DNA of 62,658 nt, filler included, from Basidiobolus ranarum (GCA_040143965.1; 7 parts of 7 records of this genome joined end to end with filler, not necessarily neighbours in it), one strand, 5' to 3'. Shown: positions 39,683 through 53,715, counted from the first letter of the whole stretch. Numbers and translations are program-made. Notes: generated from the sequence alone by a model not told the origin.

Positions 39683-41214
39683 TTAATTAACTAATTTCAA
39701 CAATCCAGACTCATTATTTCATCACATTCAACACAATCTGGCAAGATGTTGGAACTACTCTGTTGAGTAGAGCTCATTTAGTTGTATATACCTGTTGTTT
39801 TTTAGTGAATAAGACCAAGTGTTGTAAAATTTTTATCTTGGTTGATGATATTTGGTGAAATAATAGCAAGGGAGTTATGAATATTTTGGTGAAATGAATA
39901 ACTTCTGGATGCACCTTCAATTTACTGGATTGTGGAAAAGTGGCTTCTTCATATATATAAAGTTTGTAATAGTTAGTAATATGGAAAAATGAATATATTG
40001 AAGTTCTGATAACTTAATAGACTAATAACCTTTATTGAGTGATTTTAGTAATTTCATTGGTGTTAGCAAACAGTATTTGTATGAAATATGCAACTTGAAT
40101 AGCAAAAAAGATCATGTCAAAGATTTGAATGTTGTATAAAATAACAATTGAAAAATAACCAAAAATATATAATATGAGGGTAAGAAGATGTTCAGTTCAC
40201 TGATTCACTAACTGTGATGCATACTAATATATAAAACATCTCCAAGAGTAGATGAAACACCTTCATACTATTAAAGACGTGTTACTTGGGCTTTGCTTGG
40301 GCTACGTGATAACTACTATGTCGAATCATGGAGTGAAGGCAGAACTTTTGGCATTGGTACAATGAACATATAAAAGGTGAATTAGTTAAGAAGGCAAGTA
40401 TCTGCTTAACACACACTTTCTTATCGATACATCCCATTGCCAAATCAATAGTACTTCGGAATTCTCATGGTCTTGCTTGCCTGTCACAAATGGATTCTAC
40501 CAACTTAGGTAAAAAACAACTAAACCTATGTAGTCCGAATGTCAAGCAATTTCCACTCAAACCAATGGGTGGAATTAATGGTATAGAGATCGTAATACCA
40601 AATCTATATCAATACTCTGACCTAACAAACGTTCGGTGTCACAAGGATGGAATCAATGATTCACATTCGATTCGATTGGGGAGAGTTTATCCCTCCCCCG
40701 ATTCTAAGATGCCACATAAGATTCACATACTAATTGCATGACCATTATAAATGATTTCCCACTTACTGACCGAATGTTTACTTTGCTTCATCTTTACTAA
40801 TTATCTGCTCTGATATCAAGGGAGGAAGTTCCCGTTTTTTGACAAACACTTCTCCATATCGGATAAATATTTTGACCGAGGGAACGTTTGCTAGCGACAC
40901 GTGATACCCAAGAAGGCATCCATCAGCAAATCGGAACTCTTATATCGTCTTGTTCCATTTAGTAGGTTTCACATTGCATTAGAACATGCCAAAGCTTAGT
41001 CCACCAACTTTGTGTTATCACTGCTAAGGGAAATTGTCTCTGAGGATTCTAAAAAATGGAACTTTCTTAAGGTCACAGCAATATTTACGAATCAATCTAC
41101 AGGTGAATATATGAGGGATGCAATTTATTCACCACCTATTTCTCACAATATTCATTTCGAATATTTCAATCCTAGGTTGGGAAGTAATGAGGGTTGAGTG
41201 GTTTGGATAGTGGT

Positions 41215-42674
41215 TTACATTTGGGAGTGAACTTGAGATTCAATATGCTTGGCTTTCATAGAGTCATGTTCTAATAAAGATGTGACGAATTTGTGGATAA
41301 TGTGTGCTAATAAATTCAAGCAATCATTCAGTAAATGATGGGAACTAAAAAAAGATCTATTGGGAATTACCTGTAGTCTGTGGTTGTTCTTGAGGAATCT
41401 ATATTGTGTAGTGAGCGATGTTTAGTAGGAGTGGGGTCATAGAATTCTTGTCGAAACTTACCAAATGCTGCCCGGGGATAATCTGAGAAGTTCCTTGTAC
41501 GCATTGCTTCGCAAATACTGGAATCTCTTCAGGAGAACTAAGTAAGATTCAAAGGAGTGAATAGGGCGGTTCATATGGGGCAGTTACGATTTAGTTCGAA
41601 AGCTTACATTGTGGTGCTCTTATCAGCTCCCACAAACAACACTGGGATCCGGATGTTATTCAAATGATTGTAGCAATATTCTGATACTTCAGGTGCACCA
41701 GCAAATGTCGCCTTGATAAAGTGGGAAACGCTAGGTTAGGACAAACTGATCCATGCTTATCATCGTTGTTGAATACTAACCGCCTCTTGCGCTGGTGGGC
41801 ATTTGAGCTCGATTTTTCCATCGGGATTAAGGTACATCCCATTGTTCTACATACAGCTAGATTAAAAGCAGATTTATGTAACGAAAAATACTGTCGAGGT
41901 TTACCACATATTCCTCCAAGGCTCGTTCATCCCAAGTATTAAAGAACTTCTTGGATTTTAAATACTCGGTTACAGCTGACCTAATAAAATAATTAATTCC
42001 AACAAGTTAGAAAGAGCTTTAGTCTTAAAAATAGCCCAATCAATAAATACCTATTTTCCCATATATTTCTGCGTCTCTTGGTCGATTCAACTAGGCTCAA
42101 GCCCAACTTCGAACCTTTATTTGGGTGAAGAATTGGCTCAAAGGCTACAATACCATCAAATGTATTGGGTTTTAACTCCTCAGCTAATAAACTGAAAATA
42201 TTCAAGTTAATTTCAAGTTTAAGTATGACCATAAAATAACCGACAGTTTACGTTGTACAGCCTCCCATAGAATGACCCACTCCAATGAACGGCTTTTGAA
42301 CTTGTATCTTATCAGTGAGTTCCAAGATATCCTCGGCAAGGGTTTTCCAACTGCCTAAAGAATACCAATTCAGTATGGTTAAGCAACACTTTTTTTCAGA
42401 GAGGCTTGAATTTAACCATACATGTTTCAGAAAGTAGAGACTTGTTTTCTATGGCACTGCTGCCGTGATTACGTGCGTCGAAAGTGATAAAATTGCACTT
42501 GACACCGGGATCTTTCAAGTAGGCTAGGGTAGGGTGCCAGGTTTCTTTGTGAAAGCCAGTGGCATGAGCGAATAATAAGGTTCCAACGGCGTCTTTGGTA
42601 GTCCAAAGGTTGGCTACAACTTTAATACCCGTACTGGAGTTAGTGAGAAGCTTGGTGGTCAGTTGGTATCCCAT
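41215..42674 (-). CDS. Alpha/beta hydrolase (Abhydrolase_6 / Lpx1-like), multi-exon
   Basis: LLFAHATGFHKETW, FDARNHGSS, nucleophile GVGHSMGG, FEPIL, catalytic His region IPGQHLIPQEQP; predicted C-terminus ...VHSQM*. Confidence 0.85.
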
Positions 42675-43197
42675 AGCAGCTGTTCCCAAGAATATTGTCT
42701 ATCCAAGATTTTGCCTGATATTGAGCCATTTTATATCATCTAAGCACAGTAGTATGGAGATACCATTAGTCATACATCTTATGTGTAAATGATTTAACTG
42801 TTCGCGAATATCATCCCTGTGACCAAATTTGTACCGACGCTGATCATGGTGAGAAATGGGTTCGGTAAAATTGATTTCGCCAGGCGTTGACTGAACACAT
42901 GCTTTCCTCACATAATCTTGCACTGGTTTTCCCTAGAGCCAATCACAGCTCTGAATCGTAATAATAAAGAATGTTGCCCAAGCGCTCCTATTCTCACGCT
43001 GTAGGAGTGCTCTATTCTAGATTTAAAGGTTATAGATTGATTTGTTTCAGAATCGATGGATAGAGAACTCATGATTATTATTATGTATGACATGACGTAC
43101 ACTCGAAAGGGTACAGAGAAAAGGATACTTCAATCGAGCTTGCTACAACGAACTCTAATAGCTAATTCCTGATATTCATACGTTAGTCCATACAAAT

Positions 43198-44057
43198 ATG
43201 AACTTTAACCTACTTTTAAAGATACTTTTATTATCGTGTTCTCTAATCCTAGCTCAAGCTGTACCCCGAGTCACACAAAAAGTATATTTCGACATTTCCA
43301 AAGGTGACAAATCCCTTGGGAGAATAATATTCGGTTTGTATGGAAATGTGGTGCCCATTACAGTCAAAAATTTCGCCACTTTAGCAACAGGGGAGAAAGG
43401 TAAAGGGTATAAGGGTTCAAAATTTCATAGAGTTATCAAAAACTTTATGATTCAAGGGGGAGATTTCACCAAGGGAGATGGAACCGGTGGGGAGTCCATT
43501 TATGGAGGCAGCTTCAAAGATGAAAATTTCACATTGAAGCATATCAAACCAGGTACATAATAGACCCATCTTACGGCAGGGATCACACTCAAACTTATTT
43601 TCTTTCTTTCAATCAGGTATGCTTAGTATGGCCAACGCTGGTAGTGACACCAATGGCTCTCAAGTATGTATCTTAGCTATTGTTGAATGACGGTTATTCA
43701 TATACTTATGTTCTTGTTATAAACATAGTTCTTTATTACTACAACTGTCACAGCCTGGTTGGATGGCAAACATGTTGGTTAGTATTCAAACCTTGCGAAT
43801 TCCATTTAGTGGTTAGTAGTGATATTTCTCACGTATATTAATCCAATTTTGATTAGTATTTGGTGAGGTTCTACAAGGCATGAATATTGTAAGAGAAATT
43901 GAGCACTCGGACGTGAGATCAGGTACGTACTATTGTTGAGACATTTGGACGTGGAACCATACTAATCAAGCCGTTTTTAGATATGCCAATTGAACCGATT
44001 GTTATCAGCGAGTGTGGAGAGATCTCAGTGGAGAAGAACTATGATGATGAAGAATAA
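43198..44057 (+). CDS. PPIB: Secretory-pathway cyclophilin (cyclophilin B type)
   Basis: Signal peptide, [44 protein letters not shown] and WLDGKHVVFGEV, with four introns. Confidence 0.93.
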
Positions 44058-44767
44058 CAACTACGTTACAAGCAATGCGTCATACTTATTATATTATACT
44101 AGTATAGCAGCAATCCTATGACTCTCAAGGATTACATTCTAGCCTAGAAGCACACGCTACCTTTCATATTACATCAGTACAAAGGCACACGCTAACTTTA
44201 TCTTGTATGGAAAAGCGTCAAAAAAGTAAAGACAAACACGCCATTCTTATCGCAGATATTATCTTTTTGTTAAGTCCGTCAAAGAGTTTTCATAGCTAGA
44301 GCTATGGAGAACATTGATGGAATACCATTCAACGATTGGGAGGGAGGAAATCTACCTGGTGGTCTAAGCTGTATTCATATTTGAACAAATAGCTTACTGT
44401 TCATCAATATAGAAGCTTCATTATCTTTGAAATTCAAATCTAATCAACCGAAAATAGGAAGAGTTCGGAAATAATTAAAAGTTTTTACTAGGAGATGTCA
44501 AGCAGGATTTCGGATTATCTTGATAGAATTGCTACAAAGATTTTGGTTAATTTAATAGCCGATTTAATTGCCCTACCGCATTGTTGTTGATTGCTAATCT
44601 AAGCCCAGTTAACCTTCTTTATTAATGCTTTGGAAATAGGTATCAAATGACTAGCCCTATGAAAGCCGGAGGCTTCATAGAAAAAACAATCACAAGCACG
44701 GTCACTGTACAAAGCCACCAGCTGCACAAAGCCTGGTGTATAACAACAGTAATATGTGCACTAAATC

Positions 44768-44867
44768 NNNNNNNNNNNNNNNNNNNNNNNNNNNNNNNNN
44801 NNNNNNNNNNNTTAATTAATTAANNNNNNNNNNNNNNNNNNNNNNNNNNNNNNNNNNNNNNNNNNNN
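44768..44867. other. Artificial contig spacer
   Basis: N44-TTAATTAATTAA-N44. Confidence 0.99.
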
Positions 44868-45761
44868 AGAAGAAAAATTCTTGCCACATTGGGTACTACA
44901 ATAAGTGATAAGAAACCGGTGATAATATGACAAATCCTTAATCTGTTGGGATCCGCTTTACTATTGTTCCAAGTAAGACTTTGCTAGTTCTTAAATTAAT
45001 TCAATCTAAGGAATATATATTCGTGTCAAGTTAAATTCCGCGAAACCACGCTGATTAATAAATGCTGGTATTTTCTGTCGGAGAATCTTTATCATTCAAC
45101 CTGACACCGACTTTAATTAAACTGAGACAACTCCTGATGGAAATCAAAAATTCTGGGTTTCTATTGCGCTTACACAAGAACCCAGAGTAATTTTAGCATG
45201 TGCCTTATTATGAATGCAAAATCGCTGCTTGATTCAATTTTTGGATAAGCAGTCTTACTTTGGTGCTCACGCAGTTGGGGTGGAAGTGACATAAATGGAC
45301 TTAATATGTAGTACTCTTTGTTGGAAACAAATAACTGCTACCCTCTATGTCACACATAATTGTGCTCTGTTCACATTGGAGCATGTGCAGTTTTGTAGGT
45401 CTAGCGATCCAAATGGCGAGATGATTCAGGCTCTAAAGTTTATTCAGATCAACAGTATCTGGATTCATTTAGTTGAGTTGATACAGTGAAGATTGTATTC
45501 GGAATTTACTCCACACAAGTTTTATCCACTCTAAAAATAGATCACTAAACGAAGGTAGAGAGGTATGGTGACGTTTCTCTGATATTGGTTTGTTACCTGG
45601 TGAAATAAGGTGCTATCAGGTGATGTTCATAAAACCCATCCAATCTTGGTCTAATACGTAGTAAGTAAAGGGAGTTACTCCTGTCTAGCTATTAGGACAC
45701 ATACTACTTCTTACTCTTTGGTTGTCACCTTCTTTAATAAAGTTGATTCCTGTTGGCTAAA

Positions 45762-46720
45762 ATGTTTATTGTAAACTGGTTTTGGGACGTTCTTTCTAGC
45801 TTGGGTATGTATATGCTAGTGAGCCAAATTCTCATTCAACGCTGACTTCTACCTTTTTGTATCAATATAGGTTTGGTTAATAAGAATGCCAAGATTCTCT
45901 TCCTTGGTCTTGACAATGCAGGAAAAACCACTTTACTTCATATGCTTAAAAATGACCGTCTTGCAACCCTTCAGCCTACTCTACACCCCAGTAATTTTAT
46001 TATCTTCTCTCAGAATTAACATAACAAAGCCTAATCAAAAGCTATAGCATCTGAGGAACTTGCAATTGGAAATGTGAAATTCACCACCTATGACCTCGGC
46101 GGTCATCAACAAGGTTGATATAACTACTCTGTTACTATAATTCTTATAAAGCTATGTACTAATATATCTCTATGATATAGCTCGTCGTTTATGGAAAGAT
46201 TATTTCCCTGAGGTTGATGGGATTGTCTATCTAGTTGACGCACAAGACGGTCAACGTTTTGGCGAGAGCAAAGCAGAGCTCGATGTATGTTGAAATGTGG
46301 TTTTGAATACTGATTGAAAGTCAGGGATGACTAATTTCAGAGTTTTCTAGGCACTTTTATCCATTGAGGAACTTTCAAAGGTCCCTTTCCTTATCCTTGG
46401 CAATAAAATCGATGCTCCTGGGGCTGTCTCTGAAGAAGAGTTGAGAGCACATCTTGGTCTTTATCAGACTACTGGAAAGGTACCATTCCATACTCATTTT
46501 TTTCCTGAAGTTTCCTATTTGTAATCGGATTTATTTACCCAACGCCCAGGGCAAGATACCACTCAAAGACATCCGACCCATTGAAGTATTTATGTGTTCA
46601 GTCGTTATGAGACACGGCTATGGCGATGGTGAGTATACTCTAAATTGTGATATCGTTGAAATGTGAATTACTCACAGGATGTAAATTTTAGGATTCCGCT
46701 GGTTGTCTCAATATATTTAA
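45762..46720 (+). CDS. SAR1: COPII GTPase Sar1 (multi-exon)
   Basis: [66 protein letters not shown] and GFRWLSQYI*. Confidence 0.98.
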
Positions 46721-47029
46721 ATCGATTCTATCTGATATCCGCGTGTACAATTTGTATGTCTTCTATTTAAACTAAAGGGCTCATTGCCTTAATTTCCCTT
46801 TGAGAATTTTCAGATTCCTTTATTTGCATTACTGAAAATGGACTGTCAATTGTTGGATTCTAGTAACCCTTGGTGCATCCAACGTACCTTGAAAGTGTAA
46901 TCAATAAATCAACTTTTTCAACAATAATTAGTCCATAGATTGAATTTGTGGCCAGCTTTTGTCACTAAATTGAGGATTACTTTGTTGGCTAGAGTAGCAG
47001 GCTTTAGGGGAGCTCCTAATCTTTCAAAG

Positions 47030-47700
47030 GAATGGTGAACGGATAGTTCGATAGAGAAAGATTGAGAAGACATTCCAGTGAAGAAGAAAAAGATGAAGCA
47101 TTCAAACGTCCTAAATATTTTTCAAAACAAAGTGATACTGAGAGTAATCCCGATCTCGACAGTCTAATATTAACTTCAGTTTACAATGAACCATTAAATG
47201 TGCCCTGTTAAATGAAATATATTATACGAAGTTGTGACGTTTGATAAGTCTTTTGTGAGATCTTATAAATCAGCCAATTGTTGATCGTATCGCCATGTGG
47301 AAGCACCCTCGCACCTGAGTGGTGCCACTGAAGAAGTTAAAAGAGCGCTAAATGGGCGTAAAAGAGAAGGTAGTGACACCGAGGTGGGATTGTGGTCGAA
47401 CTACTATCCAAATTTCACTCCTAATATCTTAATAAAATAGTGCGGCAGATTTACACAGAATTTCAACAGGGAACGTAAGAAAGAAAAGCAGCGCCGCCAT
47501 AGAGATGATAGTTCCACGAAAGGTAGCAGTCGTCATTTACATCGCAATCGTGAATCCTGTGGCTCCGCTTCAGATCGTTATAGACAAGATGATGCCACAC
47601 AAAGACGTGATTCACAAAGCTCCGATAGTTGAAAACCAACAGATATAGATTTAGAAGAAGATTCCACCCCTCGGATATCTAGAAGTGAATTAATGTCACG
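47030..47700 (+). pseudogene. Possible decayed Arg/Ser/charged-rich protein gene
   Basis: Protein-like stretches (RERLRRHSSEEEKDEAFKRPKYF; RERKKEKQRRHRDDSS) broken by stops. I recognise no family. Confidence 0.25.
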
Positions 47701-48758
47701 CGAATGCAGCGAGTGTTAGCATTCAATCCATTTATTTCGTGCTTATCATCATCTTTATCTTAGCCTATAGATATTCTAAAAGCAAAAAAAGCGATAAAGA
47801 GACATCGATAAATACAAATGGAGGATCTGGATGAGCCTGTCATGCATCCAGAAGAGCAAGATAATTGAGATGAGGAGCAAACCAAGAATATGAATAATGG
47901 TATATACAGAAAAATCTGCAAGTGTTCAGTCTGTAAAAGATACCTCCGATATGGCTCTTTTTGTTTACCGTGAGCTTGTCTTGACATCGAAGGAATACAT
48001 GCAATGTGTAATCTTCGTCGACCCATACTGGTTAACTGGACATGGCAAGGATTTGCTTAGCACTGAATAGTTCTCTCGAATCTTATTGTAATAATTTATT
48101 TAATTAGGCCTAATGTTTTTCAGCGTGAAAGAATCCAATTGAACAAGGTTGTGTCGCCATCAATCTAGTGATTCTTTTGGTTGCATGACATACTAAAGTC
48201 TTGGCATAAATAGAGAAAACGTAAGCAAGATCGTGAAGACCTGAAAACAATGAAGACATCTCGCTCTCAATACGGACGTTCTTTTGAGTGGTAATTACAC
48301 CGACATTGTTATCTATATCTTGTACCTCCGCGCCATCTCTGAAGATAGATCTGAGTCAAACTATTCGTTTGTAGCTTCTAGTAGGAATCCGCATTTCTAA
48401 TGATTGTAGGATCAACCTCGGTATACCTTTTGAGTAGCTTTGTAGTATTTTACAACAGCTAGTGATACTTCTAGTGTGAAATATGAATCACACTTAATTC
48501 TAGAAATAAATCAGTAAACATCATTTAAAATGGCACTCTATATTAGCTTGGGTACCATAATAGAGGAGGCGTTCTGTGTTGACTCATATCAATCGTATAG
48601 AGTTGGAACTCTCCTTTGACTTTATTTGGTAATCTTTTACAAACGAATGTTTACATACAATATGATATTTTTGTGCGCATAGAAGTATATAAAATATCAG
48701 TAAATGTTGGGTTAATGCAATATACATAACGTGGCTAACGTACAGAAGACTCAAGTGA

Positions 48759-49533
48759 TTACTTCCATGGACGAGGTATCAACAGGGCAGGCAATAACCT
48801 ATTGAAATGAATGAAATCTATTAGAATGGTATTCATCTGGAAATCATGAATTATATACATACCATGAAGCTGAAAGAATCAGCCCAGTTCCTTTGTCTCT
48901 ACCCTGTATGGCGGTTAGCTCCAGAGTTATAAAACCAGCAATCAACCTAACGAATGGGACTAAAGGTGGCACCGCAGTGGCTGTTGCAGCGATCAAACTT
49001 GCAACTGCAGCTGCCATATTGCCCTCTTTAACTATTCTTATAACCACATGATTTGGTACGTAAAGCTCATAGCCCCACCAATAAGTAAATATGGAAAGTG
49101 CATCTTTAGCTGGCAATTCAAATCCAGGCAATATCTCTGCAGAATCGGTTACTTCCGTTTGTATATTCTTTGATGAAGTCTGAGAATGTAGACTAGTTGA
49201 GGTGAGGCCAGCTTGATACAAGGCATGTGGTCGTACAGTTCCAGTTAAGTCATTGTATGTAACATAAGCTGCTGTGGAGGGCTTTATCGAAGGATTCTCA
49301 GTTATGTTAGGGTTATCTTTGTTTGGTGGTTCAGGCATATTTCGCAATATAGATAAAACCTTGCCCATAGTACTAGGTCGTTGTAATGCTTTAATCGTAT
49401 TGACACAATCACATTGTTCCTTCTCGCCAACTATGATATCACGAGCTTTGCATGCTAGCTCCTCATGTTTTTTCTTTATATTTAGCGTAGTCCCATCCGA
49501 AGTCGGTTTTACTTTTCTTTTGAAAAATTTCAT
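48759..49533 (-). CDS. Uncharacterised protein with YWWGYELY motif
   Basis: ATG at 49533 (MKFFKRK), a long exon, then one intron after SASW giving the C-terminus LLPALLIPRPWK*. A hydrophobic Ala-rich segment is present. Confidence 0.7.
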
Positions 49534-51749
49534 CCGGCAGAAGGAGATGACTGTTTTTTGTTGTGTACTATGGAAGGCGTGGTGAAAGATAATTTTAGGC
49601 AAAGTGAAGACTTATCGGTATAAGTTATCCTTTCAATAGGTGTAGTGGCAATTATCAAAGCAAAATGAAAAGAAACCAAGATGATGATAGAAAATCAACT
49701 CTATTGAACATATATGAGCATTTTATTGAGAATTGTATGTGGAGGAATTGATTTATCACTAGCATCATGCGGAATGTTTTCCCCAACAAGAATACTACCT
49801 GTAATCAGTAATGGTGTAGTCGATCTAATATCTAATGAAAGTCTTAGGAACATACGTACACTAATGTTCCCATATGTGTAGAGGCTTTATCATGTACGTT
49901 CATTTGAGAATTGAGGTTTTTCATTGCAAAACCTTTCCACTATTTCTTGCCAGCTTTGTATACACTATCCTGTAGGCTATTTGAAATGCAAGGGGTGTGA
50001 GTATGTTAAAGCATGTAGATTAAATCTAAACGTGTGATAATAAGACATATTCCCGAAAAGTGGTACTTGAGCAAATTACCTTTCTTTGCATTCATCCCCT
50101 GCAAATAACGAGTCATGAAATGCCAATATGTAATAATAGCCGGCTACCATAGAGCAAAAAAATGATCGTCGCATACAGAATTTGATTGCACTAATCAATG
50201 TTTGGTGCGGCCAAATCGTCGAGGTAATGCTTGAGCAATGCTATCCCATCTCTCGTTAACTTTATATACTGGGGGAGAGCGCATGGTATGCATCAAAACG
50301 AAATAGACGGTAGCCAAGCCAGGAAGCCCAAATACAAGATCACCAAAATATGGGCTTTCTTATGGCAAGTGCACAAATTCAATATTGCCAACAAGCCTAA
50401 AAGAGGTGATATATAAATTAGGGCAGTGGAATTAAGCGCTAGGGATTACTCATTGGCCATACCCCATTTAATCCTTGGATAAGCGATGTGCAAATGATGA
50501 TAGATGTGAATGATTGTGAAAAATGAACATCTCGAATCATCACTGCATTGATTTGACTCGAGTCTTTCGTGAAATAAGGTTCTGTTACTGAAGTATGTCA
50601 AACATGCTACCGCTTAAGTCCGATAAACAGCCATTACCAGCTGCTTCTTCACAGCGAAGTTCATCGACCTGTGCATACAAACTCTTGACCTATTTGGGCA
50701 ATGCCTATTTTATGTACGTACCAACCAATTCTATTTACTGCTATGCAGGTCACATCTCACAGATGGTTAGAGTGTTACGTAGAGTTTAACTGTTAATAGC
50801 AGCCCTATTTTGTAATCATGTCAAAAGGTGATGATGTGCGTGCTGTCAAGGGTATCCACTGGTGGTATTTTATGAGCTTTCGCAAGTCAAGTAATTAATC
50901 TAGCATATTTTATTGTATCTGTTAAGTTAATCTATCCCTATACAGGTTATGACAGCATTGCCAAATCGCTCGCTTTAGGATCTGCTGAACATATTCATAC
51001 TCGTCTGCTAGATGTATTCTTATGCCACTGCAACTAATGTCCCTATCAAAGTCCTTTATACCGGCCTCTTGGATTGCAATCAATTGTATAGCCTCTTCGG
51101 CACCTACAAAGAGCGACTATGATTCATGAACTGCAGAGTTATGGCGCCTGCTTCTTTATTTACGAGTGCTTGACTTGACGTGATATACATAATGAAAGTA
51201 GAGTTAGAATTTTCCACTTGGAAGGTACGAATGTGCTTATGGTATTGCTACTGGATATGCCAGATGGTTAGTCATCAACCCTAGAGTCAGCTTTGTACTT
51301 GTGTCTAGAATATTGTTAACTACGACATCATTGATGTAGGATATTAATCTAAGTTTCAAATTTGTGGACAATATCTCGATAAATTACTAAATAACCTCGT
51401 TTTTCAACTTGAATTTATTATGCACTTCTTGCAGTAGGTCGTTGCAGTTACTACTATGGATAGCAATAATGCATTAAATTGTCTGCATGTTCTGTTACCT
51501 TAGACAAGCTATTAGCTTTAATGAAGGTTTTGTATCAAACCGCGTGGACGTGATTTTGACCGTTCTGGTACGCACTACTAATCAGAGCCGTTAAGAATCT
51601 ATATAGCCTTATTTGTTCTCCATTCATGTCATCCAAAAATCCGTGATTTTTATCAGTCAATAAAGTAAATCCAAGTATTTATTAATTCAAAAGTGAGCCA
51701 TCCTTCTTAAAGTTCGTATTTTTGTTTGACAAGTCCTAAGCTTGACAAG

Positions 51750-53715
51750 ATGGTAAACTTTACTTTATGGTCTCAACTAGTAAACTATATATCTTAATTT
51801 AAGAAATATTGAACTTGATTTATAAGGGAAATGAACAAGCTAAACCGGTGTTAGATCCAAGCGCTCATTTGAGAACTAAACAGTTAACTCCCATGCCTTC
51901 ACAGTTTCGTAAAGGCATACAATATAACAGTAAGTCAGCATAATAACTAAAAGCCATTAGTTCCTTGTGGATGGTTTTCTTACTAAGTAACGCTATCTCA
52001 CACCTCTCAATCAGTGAAACTTGTCATTCGCGGAGACACAATGACGGGAAAGACCACTTTATGTAAAGTAGTATTCGGCATTTCTTTTCATATCATTCAC
52101 CCAATTTCTAACCCGGGTTTAAAAGTCAATATGCTGCAGGGGTCTAAGTTTGAACCTGAATACCAAACTACAGCTAATATTCAAGTAGCGAACTTAAAAT
52201 GGAAATTCGACGAAGGTATTAATAACCTGCTTTTTATAATTTTATGCTGCGAAAAGTATAAAGACGTGTAACTGTTATTCCTATAGCCTCAGAAGATATC
52301 ATTAAAGTGGAATTATGGGATGTGGTGGATTATGGAGTTAGAGCGATTAAAGATAATGCAGAATTAAAGATTGAAGAAAAGAAGTTGAATGTCAACGATA
52401 TTTCAAGTAACTTGTTTTTTTCTATCGTGTGGCGTGCCTATATCAATCCATTTTTTAACCGGCCATATCACCTGTCTTTGGAATCTCAGGTATCCCGTCT
52501 TCGGCTTCACGCACCCCAACCTCCGAATCACCTGTACCTCCAGACTTGCTGCTAGATGCTCAAACAGTAAACGTATATAGAAACACGCACGGTGTAATTT
52601 TGATGTTTGATATCACCAAGCCATGGACCTTCGAATATGTCACGAAAGAGTTGAGAAATATACCAGAAGGATTAACTGTACTTATAGTGGTATGTGCTTT
52701 CCAGGATGTCCTATCCTTAAACAATCTACCACCGAATGCTAATGTCATCCTTTATTGCTTCAAAGGGCAATCATGCTGATCAAGCGTAGGTTCTTTAGAA
52801 CATATTTCACATCACTTCCCCGAACTAATTTAATATCCCAATTTGGCATACAGGCAGAAACGATCCGTTCAATTGTCAGATATCATTAATTTGATAGCGA
52901 AATTCAATCTAAAGCGTAAACAAAAGGAGGGCTCTTCTCCGAACGTGATAAGATACGTGGAGAGTAGTTTGCGAAACGGCCAGGGTTTGAAGTATATCTA
53001 CAAGTTCTTTGGTGTGCCTTTTTTAACACTTCAGGTATTCTTTTAACATCCGAACTTAGTCCCTTGTCCATGTTCACTCACTTGAGTCATATAGAAAGAA
53101 GTGTTGAAGAAGCAAATAGAGCAGAAAGAGGAGGAAATGGGAAAACTCTTGAGTGAGTTGGATAACAGTGAAGATGCTATGTTTAAGAATAGAATGAACT
53201 TCTCTGGTAAATTCTTCAAGTGTTCAAATATAATTCAATTCAAAACTAAACCATTGAAATATCAATAGGGGATGGAGACTCTGAAGACAACTCGGATACC
53301 GAGGATATTCCAGATCTTAAAAACCCTAATCAAACGCAAGATGAGCTTCGAATCTCGCAATCTCAAAACCTTCTCGAGCAATATAAACCTGAAGAATCGA
53401 TGGACGACTTTTTCAGCGACATCGCTGTGACCAACACTTCCTCAGCGAATCTACATAAACGAGTGGAATCAAGTGACGACGAAATTAGTGGCAACCCACT
53501 TGTAGCAAATGATGAAGATATAGACGTATCCGATTACGAAGAGGAACAGTTCGCCGTCTCACTACCAGAAGCTCCACACAATCAACAAGATAAGCCTGAG
53601 GAGTCAGAGGATGACGAAACCCAAGCAAATAAAGAGAACTTATTTGAAATTGGAGAGCGTACTTACCATGGCGCGAATAACTTTCTAAGCACAGGACTGG
53701 ACTTCATGTCGCCAT
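51750..53715 (+). CDS. RABL6: Rab-like protein 6 (RBEL1/PARF) homologue, 3'-truncated by contig end
   Basis: Spliced reading FRKGIQYNMKLVIRGDTMTGKTTL, IIKVELWDVVD, GVILMFDITKPWTFEY, RYVESSLRNGQGLKYIYKFFGVPFLTLQ, then coiled coil and acidic tail. These match RABL6 signatures as I recall them. Start exon is inferred. Confidence 0.85.

Noticed and set aside
50590..51300. Intron-like signals and a YTGLLDC peptide reminiscent of a mitochondrial carrier
   Set aside because: No coherent spliced frame or carrier signature could be built; too weak to call.
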